A stretch of DNA of 64,000 bases, taken from NCBI GenBank assembly GCA_050613775.1, contig JBODTK010000136.1, positions 1 through 64,000 on the forward strand, in the 5' to 3' direction. Positions 38,501 through 48,218 of the stretch are shown here, piece by piece; within the stretch, counting starts at the first letter, position 1; every line of letters begins with the position of its first letter. The notes beneath the pieces are model-generated. The model searched no databases. It was given only the letters and a program-made list of their open reading frames with translations, and was not told where the DNA came from. The stretch is from Neocallimastix sp. 'constans'. Taxonomy: Eukaryota. The position numbers and the translations under genes are program-made.

Positions 38501-40496
38501 CGAAGAACATTTAATTCATATTAAACAAGTATTAGAAGTATTTAAAGAAAACAAGTTAAAAATTAATATTGAAAAGTGCCATTTTCTTCAAACTGAAGTT
38601 GATGTATTAGGTCACAAACTTACTACTAAAGGATTAAGTCCCATGGAAAGTAAAATAACAGCTATTAAGAAGTGGGAAGCCCCTTCATCAATTCATGAAT
38701 TAAGATCATTTCTAGGAGCAGTAGGATATTATCGTGACTTTATTCCTAAATATGCTCAAATTACCTCACCTTTATGTAAATTATTGAAAAAGAATACTAA
38801 ATATGAATGGAATAAAGAACAACAAGAAAGCTTTGAACTCCTAAAAGAAAAATTAATCAATGCACCTATTCTAAAATTTCCGTCATTTGACAAACCTTTT
38901 ATCATTAGAACTGATGCTTCGTATAATGGAATTGGTGGAGTTCTTTTACAAAAAGAAGAAGAAACCGGTAAGGAGCATCCAATACACTTTATAAGTAGAA
39001 GTTTAAAGAAAGCTGAAAAGAATTATGGTATTACCGATTTGGAAGGAACCGCTTTGTTTTACTGTATGACTAAATTTAAATCTTATATTGAAGGAAATCC
39101 ACTACCTACAACTATTTACACAGATCATAAACCATTAGTTGGTTTATTTAAGAATAAAGAACCTTTGAATGCAAGGCAAACAAGATGGTGTCTAACCGCT
39201 AGTATGCTTGGAATTAATATAAAATATGAATCAGGCAAAAAGAATGTGTTAGCTGATGCTCTTTCAAGAATGAAAAGTAAGGAAGAGAGAAAGATATTAT
39301 TAACAAAAATTACTGATGGAAATAATGAAGAATTATTATCTAAAGTTATAAAGGAATTTATTAATGAAAAGTTTACTGTTATTGATGGTGAAGATTACTT
39401 TATCGACAATGGAAATTATAGAAAATTAATAACGGACGAAAATGAAAGGTTTAAATTAATTTTAGAAGCTCATAATATTGGCCACGAAGGATATTACAAA
39501 ACATATCAAAGACTTAAGAAAAACTTTTATTGGAATCATATGATTAAAGATATCAAAAGAATTGTTAGTAATTGTGAAAAATGCCAGTTAAATCGTCCTC
39601 AACCATATCCAGAACCAACCGAAAACCATCCAACTAAAGTGGAGGGTCCCTTTGTGCATTTAGGATTAGATATTATAGGACCGTTACCAAAAACAAGAAA
39701 TAATAATCAATATATTATAGTAACTGTTGATTACTTTACCAAATGGGTTGAAGCCGAACCCACTGAAAACATAACTTCCTCTGATATAATTAAATTTTTA
39801 ATAAACGTTTTTGCAAGACATGGTGTGCCTCAAGTTATTACTACAGATAATGGAGTCCAATTCACTTCTGATATGACTAAAATCTTTCTTGATCTTTATG
39901 ATGTTTATGTAAAATTCATAGCTACCTATCACCCTGAATCCAATGGTCTCACTGAAAACCGAAATAAAGAAATTGGAAAATTACTTCGTTTATTAGGAAG
40001 GAAAAATCAAGATTGGGATGTAGTTTTACCTTCTGCTTTATGGGCACTTCGAACTACCAAAAACACAGCTACCGGACATTCTAGTTTTGAATTAGTATAT
40101 GGAAGAGAAGACCAACAGCCTTATGATATAGCCATAAGAACAATTGAAAATGCAGGTAAATCGTATGATGAAATTTTAATGGAAAAATTTGTTCGTCATT
40201 ATCAATGGACTAGAGAAGCATGCGAAAATGTGAAGAATGCTAACAAGTATTGGGCAACAAGACGAGAAGAACAAATAAGTATGAAAAAAGGAAAAGAATT
40301 AAAAGCTGGTGATCTTGTTCTTGTTAGAAACTTTAGCCGCACTAAGCTAGAACCATATTACAATGGACCATTTAAAATTTTAAAAATTCAATTCAACACG
40401 GCAACCTTAATCGATCAGAAAACTGGGAAACAACTCGATAGGAATGTTCATTTTAAAAATTTAGTAAAGTTTAACTCCGCTTACAGAGAAGCTTGA
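35586..40496 (+). CDS. Element B Gag-Pol polyprotein (CCHC, PR, RT, RNase H, IN)
   Basis: CFFCKEEGHYSYYC; LIDSCS; MPFGL; FIDD; TDAS; GLDIIGP, TDNG and NGLTE; no chromodomain; probable start MSKETT at 35586. Confidence 0.93.
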   Translation: MSKETTLSFKELKKELRDIVKLSKDNLDIKSWATELKLWIKIQGITDPETIFNACLLTSSGEVQRVIEDLGEDSDDESDDSSDEEEDDDEEENVDDDIKFPSLEKIISSLENFYGIKEDQNLLLKELRAMRIKRNEKIKDFNVRYRTLYTKLDKKRRKRIGVLDYIDSIQNNYEAWKKLSLKDDISMDKAFKIAEKVDRLSVRNNNINTYNVNNSQHNQNNQNSTTSRLYPKRRNETFQTNQTNNKPKPQDIIEESTQKMRNLSVKTCFFCKEEGHYSYYCPQLNKIMEKNKKEIYSKKVFKLLNGSRSTPNDKTIASLNNLQNNTFTKNTPIDNNSFNEESEESDFSDTTESEDDIIINAVKRKMNDNNSEKEGNNSKKVHKSLKDNPRPFATPALRKKKENELHNKPNKVYKNQILPSILTQPNINKEKQKEKELRNMTRVRESKEENNNYSSKGKEKVESEDILVIDNEIEDLEMNKDNQQNKTNTLEKLISTKTKETNNGNTQLVKRNIKMMNNKEPYNIMDDLNNLKSSITIGQLLNACPKIRSQLTQGLKLEKSKIIGTVDNVIARTLLVNNYDHSYISKSNEVAEEDLAMVDASVDGVLGKLLIDSCSNLSIVTKQYFDKLPGEYETVGKSRGRIQLATQDEEYSEGIIVRLPVKINNYEFNADFRIIEKEDSFYDMLINFKTQIDHCLFIHPTLNSLCKLLSESEYEEIAKINNQYYDEESIICTIRKVEETNNEKEIIKELTPMEFIESDEFLSTLNKDYKEQIIKILKEMIDIVATSTEELTPSKLSPHKIRLKANAKPVKLRSYRLTKLKSDILKEELTKLIKKGLIEPSCSEWSSPVVLILKHNGKWRLCIDYRKVNDMTEKDSYSVPYIDEIFDSLGGAKIFTTLDLFSGFHQILMDEESVEVTTFTTKFGNYQFKVMPFGLTGAPSTFQREMNKILFPFIGEFVYVFIDDVLIYSKSIEEHLIHIKQVLEVFKENKLKINIEKCHFLQTEVDVLGHKLTTKGLSPMESKITAIKKWEAPSSIHELRSFLGAVGYYRDFIPKYAQITSPLCKLLKKNTKYEWNKEQQESFELLKEKLINAPILKFPSFDKPFIIRTDASYNGIGGVLLQKEEETGKEHPIHFISRSLKKAEKNYGITDLEGTALFYCMTKFKSYIEGNPLPTTIYTDHKPLVGLFKNKEPLNARQTRWCLTASMLGINIKYESGKKNVLADALSRMKSKEERKILLTKITDGNNEELLSKVIKEFINEKFTVIDGEDYFIDNGNYRKLITDENERFKLILEAHNIGHEGYYKTYQRLKKNFYWNHMIKDIKRIVSNCEKCQLNRPQPYPEPTENHPTKVEGPFVHLGLDIIGPLPKTRNNNQYIIVTVDYFTKWVEAEPTENITSSDIIKFLINVFARHGVPQVITTDNGVQFTSDMTKIFLDLYDVYVKFIATYHPESNGLTENRNKEIGKLLRLLGRKNQDWDVVLPSALWALRTTKNTATGHSSFELVYGREDQQPYDIAIRTIENAGKSYDEILMEKFVRHYQWTREACENVKNANKYWATRREEQISMKKGKELKAGDLVLVRNFSRTKLEPYYNGPFKILKIQFNTATLIDQKTGKQLDRNVHFKNLVKFNSAYREA

Positions 40497-41003
40497 GTCT
40501 TCGTCGGGGCATCTTGATAAGAATGTACTAAATAATGCATTCTTAATTAAATCTACGATTTATTTCTAATACATTATGTGTACATTATTATTTTTGTACT
40601 TTAATAAATTTTTAAATTCAAAGATTAAAAATTAGATCAAAAATTATATTAAACTTTATAATTTTTATATTAAATCTTATATTAATAGTAATATTTTTAT
40701 ATATTTAAAACTTATATTAACAATATTAATAATAAATCTTATTTTTTTATTTTTATATTAATAATGAAAATTTGTATTAATAATATTTTTATATATATTG
40801 ATAATTAAAAATTTATATATTATATTTTAACTTTTATTATAAAATTTTATATCGAAATGTTTTATTTTATATTGAAAAATATTTTATTTTATTAAAAACC
40901 TTTATATTAGAATAGTATTTTTATTTTTATTTGAATATTTTAACAGATTGTAATAAAAATTTTAGCCAATTAAATAAATTCTTATTAGTAATATTTTAGA
41001 TAG

Positions 41004-41049
<46 letters not shown>

Positions 41050-42234
41050 TATTAATATTATAAATGTATTTTATTTATATTGTTATAATTAAATTTTATA
41101 TAATTGATTATAAAAATCAATTTAAATTTAATAGTTTCATATATAAAAAGAAAAATAATAATAAAATGTAATTTAGTGGCAAGAACAACTTTTATGCCTT
41201 GAAAAAAAAGTATAAATAGTTGTAAATTTTGCTACTAATTTTTAAATATCATCAAATAAAATCAAATAAATTTATAAATAAAAATAATAAATAAATAAAT
41301 AAAATTTGTGTTTCCTTACTTTATTTTTATTTAATTCTCTAAAACCTTAACACTTTGTTACGGAACAAATAAAATAATTAAAATTATATATAATTATTAA
41401 AGATTAAAAATTATTAATATTAGTGGAATTAAATAATTAATGTTAAAATATTAAAATAATTATAAATTTAGTTATAATAAATTAGAAAATGTATTAATTA
41501 TTATCTTTATTTAATATTGTAATACTTAATAATATTTTAATAGTTTATTATATTTTATTATTATATTTTATTATTAAATTTTTATTATTAAATTTTTATT
41601 ATTAAATTTTTATTATTAAATTTTTATTATTAAATTTTTATTATTATATTTTTATTATTAAATTTTTATTATTAAATTTTTATTATTAAATTTTTATTCT
41701 AATCCAATCAAATAACTATTCTAAATGTATAAAAAGAACAAAGTAGTACAATACTTTAGTTCTCTCTCTTTTTCTTACAACTTTATTATTATATTATTCT
41801 TTTGATATTTTCGAGTTTAAATGATAAATTTAGATAGTTAAATTAAAATAAAATTAGTTTAAATAATTAAATTTAAATAGTTTAAATAATAAATTAGTAT
41901 AGTTTAAATAATAAAGTTAGAATAGATTAAATAATAAAAATAAAATAGTTTATTTTAAATAAAGTTAGAATTAAAAATAATTTAAGTTTTGTATTAAGTG
42001 TTTAAAGGTTTTTAGTGTTTGGTTAATAGTTTTAATAATTATAGTTGTTAGTTAAATTATTTATATTAGGTTATCTTAATTTTGAATAATTTATTTTAGT
42101 TTAAATTGTTTAGTATTTAGATTTTTAAATTAGAATAATAGATTAGAATAATAGAATAGAATTTAAAATTTTCTTTAATTATTAGAATATATTATTTTAT
42201 GATAAAAATTCTTCAGTTCTGTACCATAAAGATT

Positions 42235-42251
42235 TGGCGAGCTATGCAGGA
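42235..42251 (+). promoter_or_regulatory. Element C primer-binding site, tRNA-Arg-like
   Basis: TGGCGAGCTATGCAGGA, 8 nt after the LTR; resembles the complement of tRNA-Arg(ACG) 3' ends. Confidence 0.7.
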
Positions 42252-42323
42252 CCTGAAGAAATAAAATAATATGAAAATAATAATTTTAGAAAAATTTTAT
42301 TAATTAATAAAGTTTAGAAATAG

Positions 42324-42357
<34 letters not shown>

Positions 42358-42622
42358 TAATTGATAGAATAAAAATAATAATAAATAAAAAATAAATAAT
42401 TAATTAGTTAATTAGGAAATAGTATAAAATTTTAATTAGAAAAAAAAAAAAATAAAATAAAATAAAATAAAATAAATAAAATAAAATATAAGTAAATAAT
42501 ATAAAAATTTTAATAAAATTAGAGTTAGAAAAAAAAAAATAATAATTATAATAATTAATAGTAATTTAATATTAATTTATTATTTTAACTCAAAGAAGAT
42601 AACAAAACCAAAAAATATAATA

Positions 42623-42863
42623 ATTCATATACAGTGTGTAAACCGTAAGGAAATTAATTAATAACGAATTAGGGTGATTCCAATTTGTTATTAATTAAGG
42701 TTTTTAGTCGATTTTGTGAGTGCGGTTTTCCGTCCCGGAGTAATATAAATTTATACTCCCCACGACACATCTCCGTAGTTTGTTAACTATTCGAGTGTTG
42801 GCAGGGTTTCCGGACAAGATCGAGCACTGGCGAATAATGAACTTATTTCACCGAAGTTATAAG
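42623..42863 (+). ncRNA. Candidate cis-acting structured RNA in element C leader
   Basis: Structural homologue of 34425-34642. Confidence 0.7.
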
Positions 42864-43025
42864 GTTTTTTTTTAGAATTATTATATGAATATAAAATAAA
42901 GTTGTCATTAATAAAATTCAGTGGAAAATTTCAATAAACAATATTTCAATCCAATAACAATTATTTTTAAATTCAATTAGTTCAATATTTAATTCAAATA
43001 GAGAATTGAAAAATTATACTCAACA

Positions 43026-43250
43026 CATCCATCCATCAACTTAAATAAAAAAGTGACAATAAAATTAATAATTAAATTAAAATTTCATTCATCAATCCAT
43101 CAATTAAGAAATAATATAACAAGCGATAATAAAATTAGAAATAAAATAAAATTTCATTAATCCATCCATCAAATTAAGAAATAAATTAGGAAGTGATAAT
43201 AAAATTTATAATCAAAAAGAAAACCCATCCATTCATACATCAATTAATAA
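43026..43250 (+). repeat. About four degenerate ~67-bp repeats upstream of C gag
   Basis: ATCCATCCATCAA-like core recurs near 43027, 43095, 43160 and 43228, with AAG(T/C)GA(C/T)AATAAAATT between copies. Confidence 0.75.
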
Positions 43251-43269
43251 TTTCAAATAAAATTCCAAA

Positions 43270-44325
43270 ATGAAAATATTAGAACTACAAAGAATTCTAC
43301 CAAGACTCAACGAAAACGCAAGAGATATAGATTCTTGGTGCGAAGAATTTACAAGAATTATGTCTCTAGCAGATATAAATAATCCAAAAAATATACTCAC
43401 ATGGGCTATCGAATGTGTCGATGGAAAGTTAAAAGGGACTTTACAAGAATTACATACCAAGAACGAAGAAGAAAATGATATCTACCCTTCTATTGAAGAA
43501 ATCAAAAAAGCAATAGAAAATGAACTTGAGATAACACCCCAAGAGAAATGTAAAAGGTTACAAAGAATGAAAATTAGAAGAGGAGAAAGTATAAAGAACT
43601 TTAATTGGAGATACAAGAAAATTTATAATAATCTACCGAAAATTTACCAAACATTTATTACTGTTGAAGACTACGCAGATTCAATAATCTATCGACCTTA
43701 TGCTAGATCTCAAGTCATAACCCAACGATGTTTCGACTTAGAAGATGCATTCGAAGAAGCTGAATTGGCAGAAAGAGCCGAAGAAATTGGAGATGCCGCT
43801 AATGAAGCAGTAATGACAACAGTTTTTAATTCCCAACCATTTTATTACAGAAATAATGTTCATCCTTTCAAACAATTTAATTCTTCGATTTATAATAAGA
43901 ATTATAATCAAAGTTATAACCAAAATCACAATCAAAATTATAGTAGAAAGCAATTATACAACTCATACAATAAAAGGAATCAACCAAATTATCAAAATTA
44001 TAATGAATTTAATGAATTCCAGCATGGTTTTAGTAATCCAAAGATTGCCAATAATAAAAGAACTTATAATCAAGAAGAATACGAGCAAAAAAATAATCTA
44101 GTGAATATTAAGCAAAATTTCGATGATACAAGACTTAATAATGAATTTACGAATAATGAAACTAACCAGAATAGAAAGAAAATTATTACCAAAAAATCAC
44201 CGATTACATGCTATCGTTGTGGACAACAAGGACATTACTATAAACATTGTCCATATTCTTTCAAACAACTTGCTGAATTCGAAAATCAAAATCAAGGCTC
44301 TTCTAACGATCATTTAAACTTCTAA
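43270..44325 (+). CDS. Element C Gag
   Basis: Zinc knuckle CYRCGQQGHYYKHC; ends ...HLNF* over the slippery TTTAAAC. Confidence 0.92.
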   Translation: MKILELQRILPRLNENARDIDSWCEEFTRIMSLADINNPKNILTWAIECVDGKLKGTLQELHTKNEEENDIYPSIEEIKKAIENELEITPQEKCKRLQRMKIRRGESIKNFNWRYKKIYNNLPKIYQTFITVEDYADSIIYRPYARSQVITQRCFDLEDAFEEAELAERAEEIGDAANEAVMTTVFNSQPFYYRNNVHPFKQFNSSIYNKNYNQSYNQNHNQNYSRKQLYNSYNKRNQPNYQNYNEFNEFQHGFSNPKIANNKRTYNQEEYEQKNNLVNIKQNFDDTRLNNEFTNNETNQNRKKIITKKSPITCYRCGQQGHYYKHCPYSFKQLAEFENQNQGSSNDHLNF

Positions 44326-47300
44326 AAGGGAGAAGGGAAACTCCCACTAATCAAACCAAAGAAGAAATTGTAGCTACTGCTATTAGAAAAAAAACAAATT
44401 TATTAATTGAAAAACCATATGGAAAAAACAAAAGGAAAAATAAAGAAAATAATACAATTAATCAAAATAATCAAATTGATTCTAATACAAAAACTAACAA
44501 TGAGAATATCGAAATCGAAGATGATGCAGTTTCAATCGACAAAATATATCCAAATGAAACAGAAAAACTTAACCAAATTGATGTTTCTGTAATAAGTCAA
44601 CCATCAATTAATAAAGCAAAAAAGAACGCAAGAAAACAAAGAGAAAATGAAATTTTAAACATTAATAATAAAGAAACGAATAAACACAAAGAAAAAGCTA
44701 AACTTCCAAGTATCGAGTTAGCTGAAAAGAAAGTTAAAGACTCTAATTTTAATAAGCAAATCACAATTATGGAAGGACAACCAAAGTATGACATTTGTAA
44801 GGATATAAGCTCAAAATTTGCTAATATTACAGTTCCACAATTATTAGATGTTAGTCCAAAACTTCGTGCAGATTTTATTAAGGCATTAAAACTCAAAAGT
44901 CCTGAAACTCTTAATGAATCACCTGAAGAAATCGTACTGTCTGCCATGCATAGAGAAGATGTAGCAACTGTTGAATGTTTTATTAATGATATTAAAGGTT
45001 TAGCATTTTTAGATACATGTGCCAGTATCAACATTATCACAAAAAACTTCCTAAATAAATTGAATAAAATTAAACCTATAGGATTTGTTAAGAACAACAT
45101 TGTACAAGTATTATCAAAAGAAAACGTTTACACTGAAATTTATTTACTAAATATTAAAATTGGAAAATTAGTTATACATGATATTTTCAGAGTCATTGAT
45201 AATGATCAAAATTTGTTTGATATATTAATTGGCTACAGAACACTTAAAGAAAACAATTTATTCATCAATCCTCTTAACAATAATCTATGTTTAATGAAAG
45301 AAGATGATTCTTGGGAATATATTATAAAACTTGGTAAAGGCAATAATGGAAATATTATTAATAATAATGATGATGATGCTGAATCTATAATAATATATGA
45401 TGAAACAAACTCTGATATTAATAATAATTCTTATTTATATTGCTTTATAAAGGAAGATAATAGTAAGAAAAATAATACGATACTAAAAGAACCAATAAAT
45501 ACAAAAAATTCAAATCTTGAAACAGGAAATAAAAAAATAAAAAAACAATTTAATGAAGAAATTAACGAAAAGGATAGAATGATAGAAGTAATAATTAATG
45601 GAGTACCGAATAAGTTTAAAAATAAAATAAAAGAAATCTTTAATGAATTCTATTCTATTCTTGCTACTAAAATTGATGAGTTAAAACCAACCAAGTTACT
45701 TCCACATAACATTCAACTTGAAATGAATACTAAACCAATAAAACAAAAATGTTATAGACTTTCAAAAGTTCAGGCTATAGCACTTAAAAAGGAGTTAGAA
45801 AAACTTATTAAAAACAAATTAATCGAACCCTCGAACTCTCCTTGGTCTTCTCCGGTTATCCTAGTTCTCAAGAAAAATAAAAAATGGAGATTATGTATTG
45901 ACTTCCGAAAATTGAATAACGTTACAATCAAGGACGCTTATGCGCTACCTCTTATCGATGAAATTTTATTTTCTATTGGTAAACAAGTAAAAATATTCAC
46001 AACAATTGACCTATTTTCTGGATTCCACCAAATACCCATGAATAAAGAAGATATTCCAAAAACAAGTTTCACGACAATGTACGGTAATTATCAATTTTTA
46101 GTTATGCCTTTTGGATTGTGTAATGCTCCAGGTACCTTCCAAAGAGAAATGAACAGAATATTTTTCCCTCTTATTGGTGTATGTATGTTTGTTTATATTG
46201 ATGACTTAGTAATATTCTCTCCTTCCTTAGAACAACATGTTGAAGATCTTAAAAAAGTATTTGAAATTATAAAAGAAAATGGATTAAAGATTAACTTAGA
46301 AAAATGTAATTTCTTTAAAGAAAAAGTAGAACTATTAGGACATACATTGTCGATTAATGGTATTTCTCCAATTCAAGATAAAATAAAAGTTATTTTAGAA
46401 TGGATACCTCCCAAAAATATCACACAATTACAATCATTTCTCGGTGCAGTTGGATACTATCGTAAATTTATATTCAACTTTGCGAATATTGCAAAACCAT
46501 TATTCAAACTTTTAAAAAAGGGAGTTAAATTTATTTGGGAAAATGAACAAGAAGAAAGTTTCAATGAATTAAAAAATAAACTAGTTTCAACTCCAATACT
46601 TACTATGCCCGATTTCGAAAAACAATTTATTATTAGAACTGATGCTTCCTATGACGGAATAGGTGGCGTATTACTTCAAAAGGATGAAAATAACAATGAA
46701 AAACCAATTCACTTCGTAAGTCGCTCTTTAAAACCGGCGGAAAGAAATTATGCAATTACGGATCTGGAAGGAACAGCCGCGACTTACTGCGTTAAAAAAT
46801 TTAAATCATATATTTCTGGAAACAAATATACGACGCTTCTTTACACGGATCACAAACCTTTAGTAGGATTATTTAAAAATAAAGAAACAAACAATTCAAG
46901 ACAAACAAGATGGGTCTTACTTTTATCAATGCTTAATGTTAAAGTTTTATACGAACCAGGAAAGAAAAATGTTATCGCTGATGCATTATCAAGGTTAAAA
47001 ACGAAAAATGATGAATTAGTTGCAACAATAACTTCTGAAATGAACGAAAATAATCTTTTATCAAGCTTTAAAGATAAATTTGTAATCATTAATGGTGAAA
47101 AATTTTTTAAGGATGATGGAAAATTAAGAAAAGTTATTTATAATGAAAAAGAAAGAATTAAACTTATACTTAGTGCTCATAAAATTGGTCACGAAGGAGT
47201 ATTTAAAACTTATAATCGACTTAAAAGAGATTATTATTGGACCAATATGATATTGGATGTGAAATACATAGTTAGAACTTGCAAAAGATGTCAGCTTTTT

Positions 47301-48218
47301 AGACCTCAGTCATTTAATTATCAAACTGAAGATATAGCAACAAAACCAGGTTTACCATTCACAAGAGTTGGTCTAGATATTATAGGCCCATTACCCACAA
47401 CAAAAAATGGAAATAAATATATAATTGTTTTAGTAGATTACTTAACAAAATGGGTAGAAGCAGAGCCAACTAAATACATAGAATCTGATGATGTTATAAG
47501 ATTTTTATCCAAAGTTTTTTCTCGTCACGGTATTCCTGAAATAATTGTAACAGACAATGGACCCCAGTTTAATTCCGATAAAACAAAAGCATTCCTCGAC
47601 TTATATGGTGTTTATGTTCATTTTATAGCAACCTATCATCCAGAATCAAATGGAGAAGTCGAAAACCGCAACAAAGAAATTGGGAAATATTTAAGACTTC
47701 TTTGTAATAAAAATACTTCTCAGTGGGATGAAATATTACCAAGTGCTTTATGGGCGTTGCGTACAAGTAAAAATGAAACAACGAAATTTTCTAGTTTCGA
47801 ATTATTATATGGTAGACGTGATCTCCAGCCATTCGAATTAGTATTGAACTTAGACAAAAAAGAAGATTTCGAAAGTAATGAAGAATTTTTAATAAGAAGA
47901 TTTACAACCCATTATAAATGGATAAAGGAAGCAATCAATAATATTCAAACTGCCAATAAAATATGGGAAGACAGAAGAAAACAGATGAAAAGACTTAAAG
48001 CTGAATATAAATCCGGAGATTTAGTAATGATTAAGTGTATAAATAGAAGAAAACTTGATCCTTTCTTTCTAGGCCCTATGAAAATCGTTAAGAAACAATT
48101 CAACACAGTAACACTTTGTGATCCAGTAACAAACGAAATTGCCGATAGAAATGTTCACTTAAAAAATATTGTTCCATATCAATTATGCGAAATCGAGACT
48201 TCAGGGGACGAAGTCTGA
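44313..48218 (+). CDS. Element C Pol (PR, RT, RNase H, IN), via -1 frameshift
   Basis: The -1 frame from 44313 is in frame with ORF 44769-48218; LDTCAS, MPFGL, YIDD, TDAS, GLDIIGP and TDNG motifs. Confidence 0.92.
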   Translation, partial: FKLLKGRRETPTNQTKEEIVATAIRKKTNLLIEKPYGKNKRKNKENNTINQNNQIDSNTKTNNENIEIEDDAVSIDKIYPNETEKLNQIDVSVISQPSINKAKKNARKQRENEILNINNKETNKHKEKAKLPSIELAEKKVKDSNFNKQITIMEGQPKYDICKDISSKFANITVPQLLDVSPKLRADFIKALKLKSPETLNESPEEIVLSAMHREDVATVECFINDIKGLAFLDTCASINIITKNFLNKLNKIKPIGFVKNNIVQVLSKENVYTEIYLLNIKIGKLVIHDIFRVIDNDQNLFDILIGYRTLKENNLFINPLNNNLCLMKEDDSWEYIIKLGKGNNGNIINNNDDDAESIIIYDETNSDINNNSYLYCFIKEDNSKKNNTILKEPINTKNSNLETGNKKIKKQFNEEINEKDRMIEVIINGVPNKFKNKIKEIFNEFYSILATKIDELKPTKLLPHNIQLEMNTKPIKQKCYRLSKVQAIALKKELEKLIKNKLIEPSNSPWSSPVILVLKKNKKWRLCIDFRKLNNVTIKDAYALPLIDEILFSIGKQVKIFTTIDLFSGFHQIPMNKEDIPKTSFTTMYGNYQFLVMPFGLCNAPGTFQREMNRIFFPLIGVCMFVYIDDLVIFSPSLEQHVEDLKKVFEIIKENGLKINLEKCNFFKEKVELLGHTLSINGISPIQDKIKVILEWIPPKNITQLQSFLGAVGYYRKFIFNFANIAKPLFKLLKKGVKFIWENEQEESFNELKNKLVSTPILTMPDFEKQFIIRTDASYDGIGGVLLQKDENNNEKPIHFVSRSLKPAERNYAITDLEGTAATYCVKKFKSYISGNKYTTLLYTDHKPLVGLFKNKETNNSRQTRWVLLLSMLNVKVLYEPGKKNVIADALSRLKTKNDELVATITSEMNENNLLSSFKDKFVIINGEKFFKDDGKLRKVIYNEKERIKLILSAHKIGHEGVFKTYNRLKRDYYWTNMILDVKYIVRTCKRCQLFRPQSFNYQTEDIATKPGLPFTRVGLDIIGPLPTTKNGNKYIIVLVDYLTKWVEAEPTKYIESDDVIRFLSKVFSRHGIPEIIVTDNGPQFNSDKTKAFLDLYGVYVHFIATYHPESNGEVENRNKEIGKYLRLLCNKNTSQWDEILPSALWALRTSKNETTKFSSFELLYGRRDLQPFELVLNLDKKEDFESNEEFLIRRFTTHYKWIKEAINNIQTANKIWEDRRKQMKRLKAEYKSGDLVMIKCINRRKLDPFFLGPMKIVKKQFNTVTLCDPVTNEIADRNVHLKNIVPYQLCEIETSGDEV

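Larger units (their letters stand above)
33360..41352 (+). mobile_element. Element B: full-length Ty3/Gypsy without chromodomain
   Basis: LTRs 33360-34196 and 40515-41352 (TGATAAG...CTTAACA, differing only in poly-A length by eye); 4-bp TSD CTTT; PBS; PPT-like GGGGCATCT. Confidence 0.95.
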
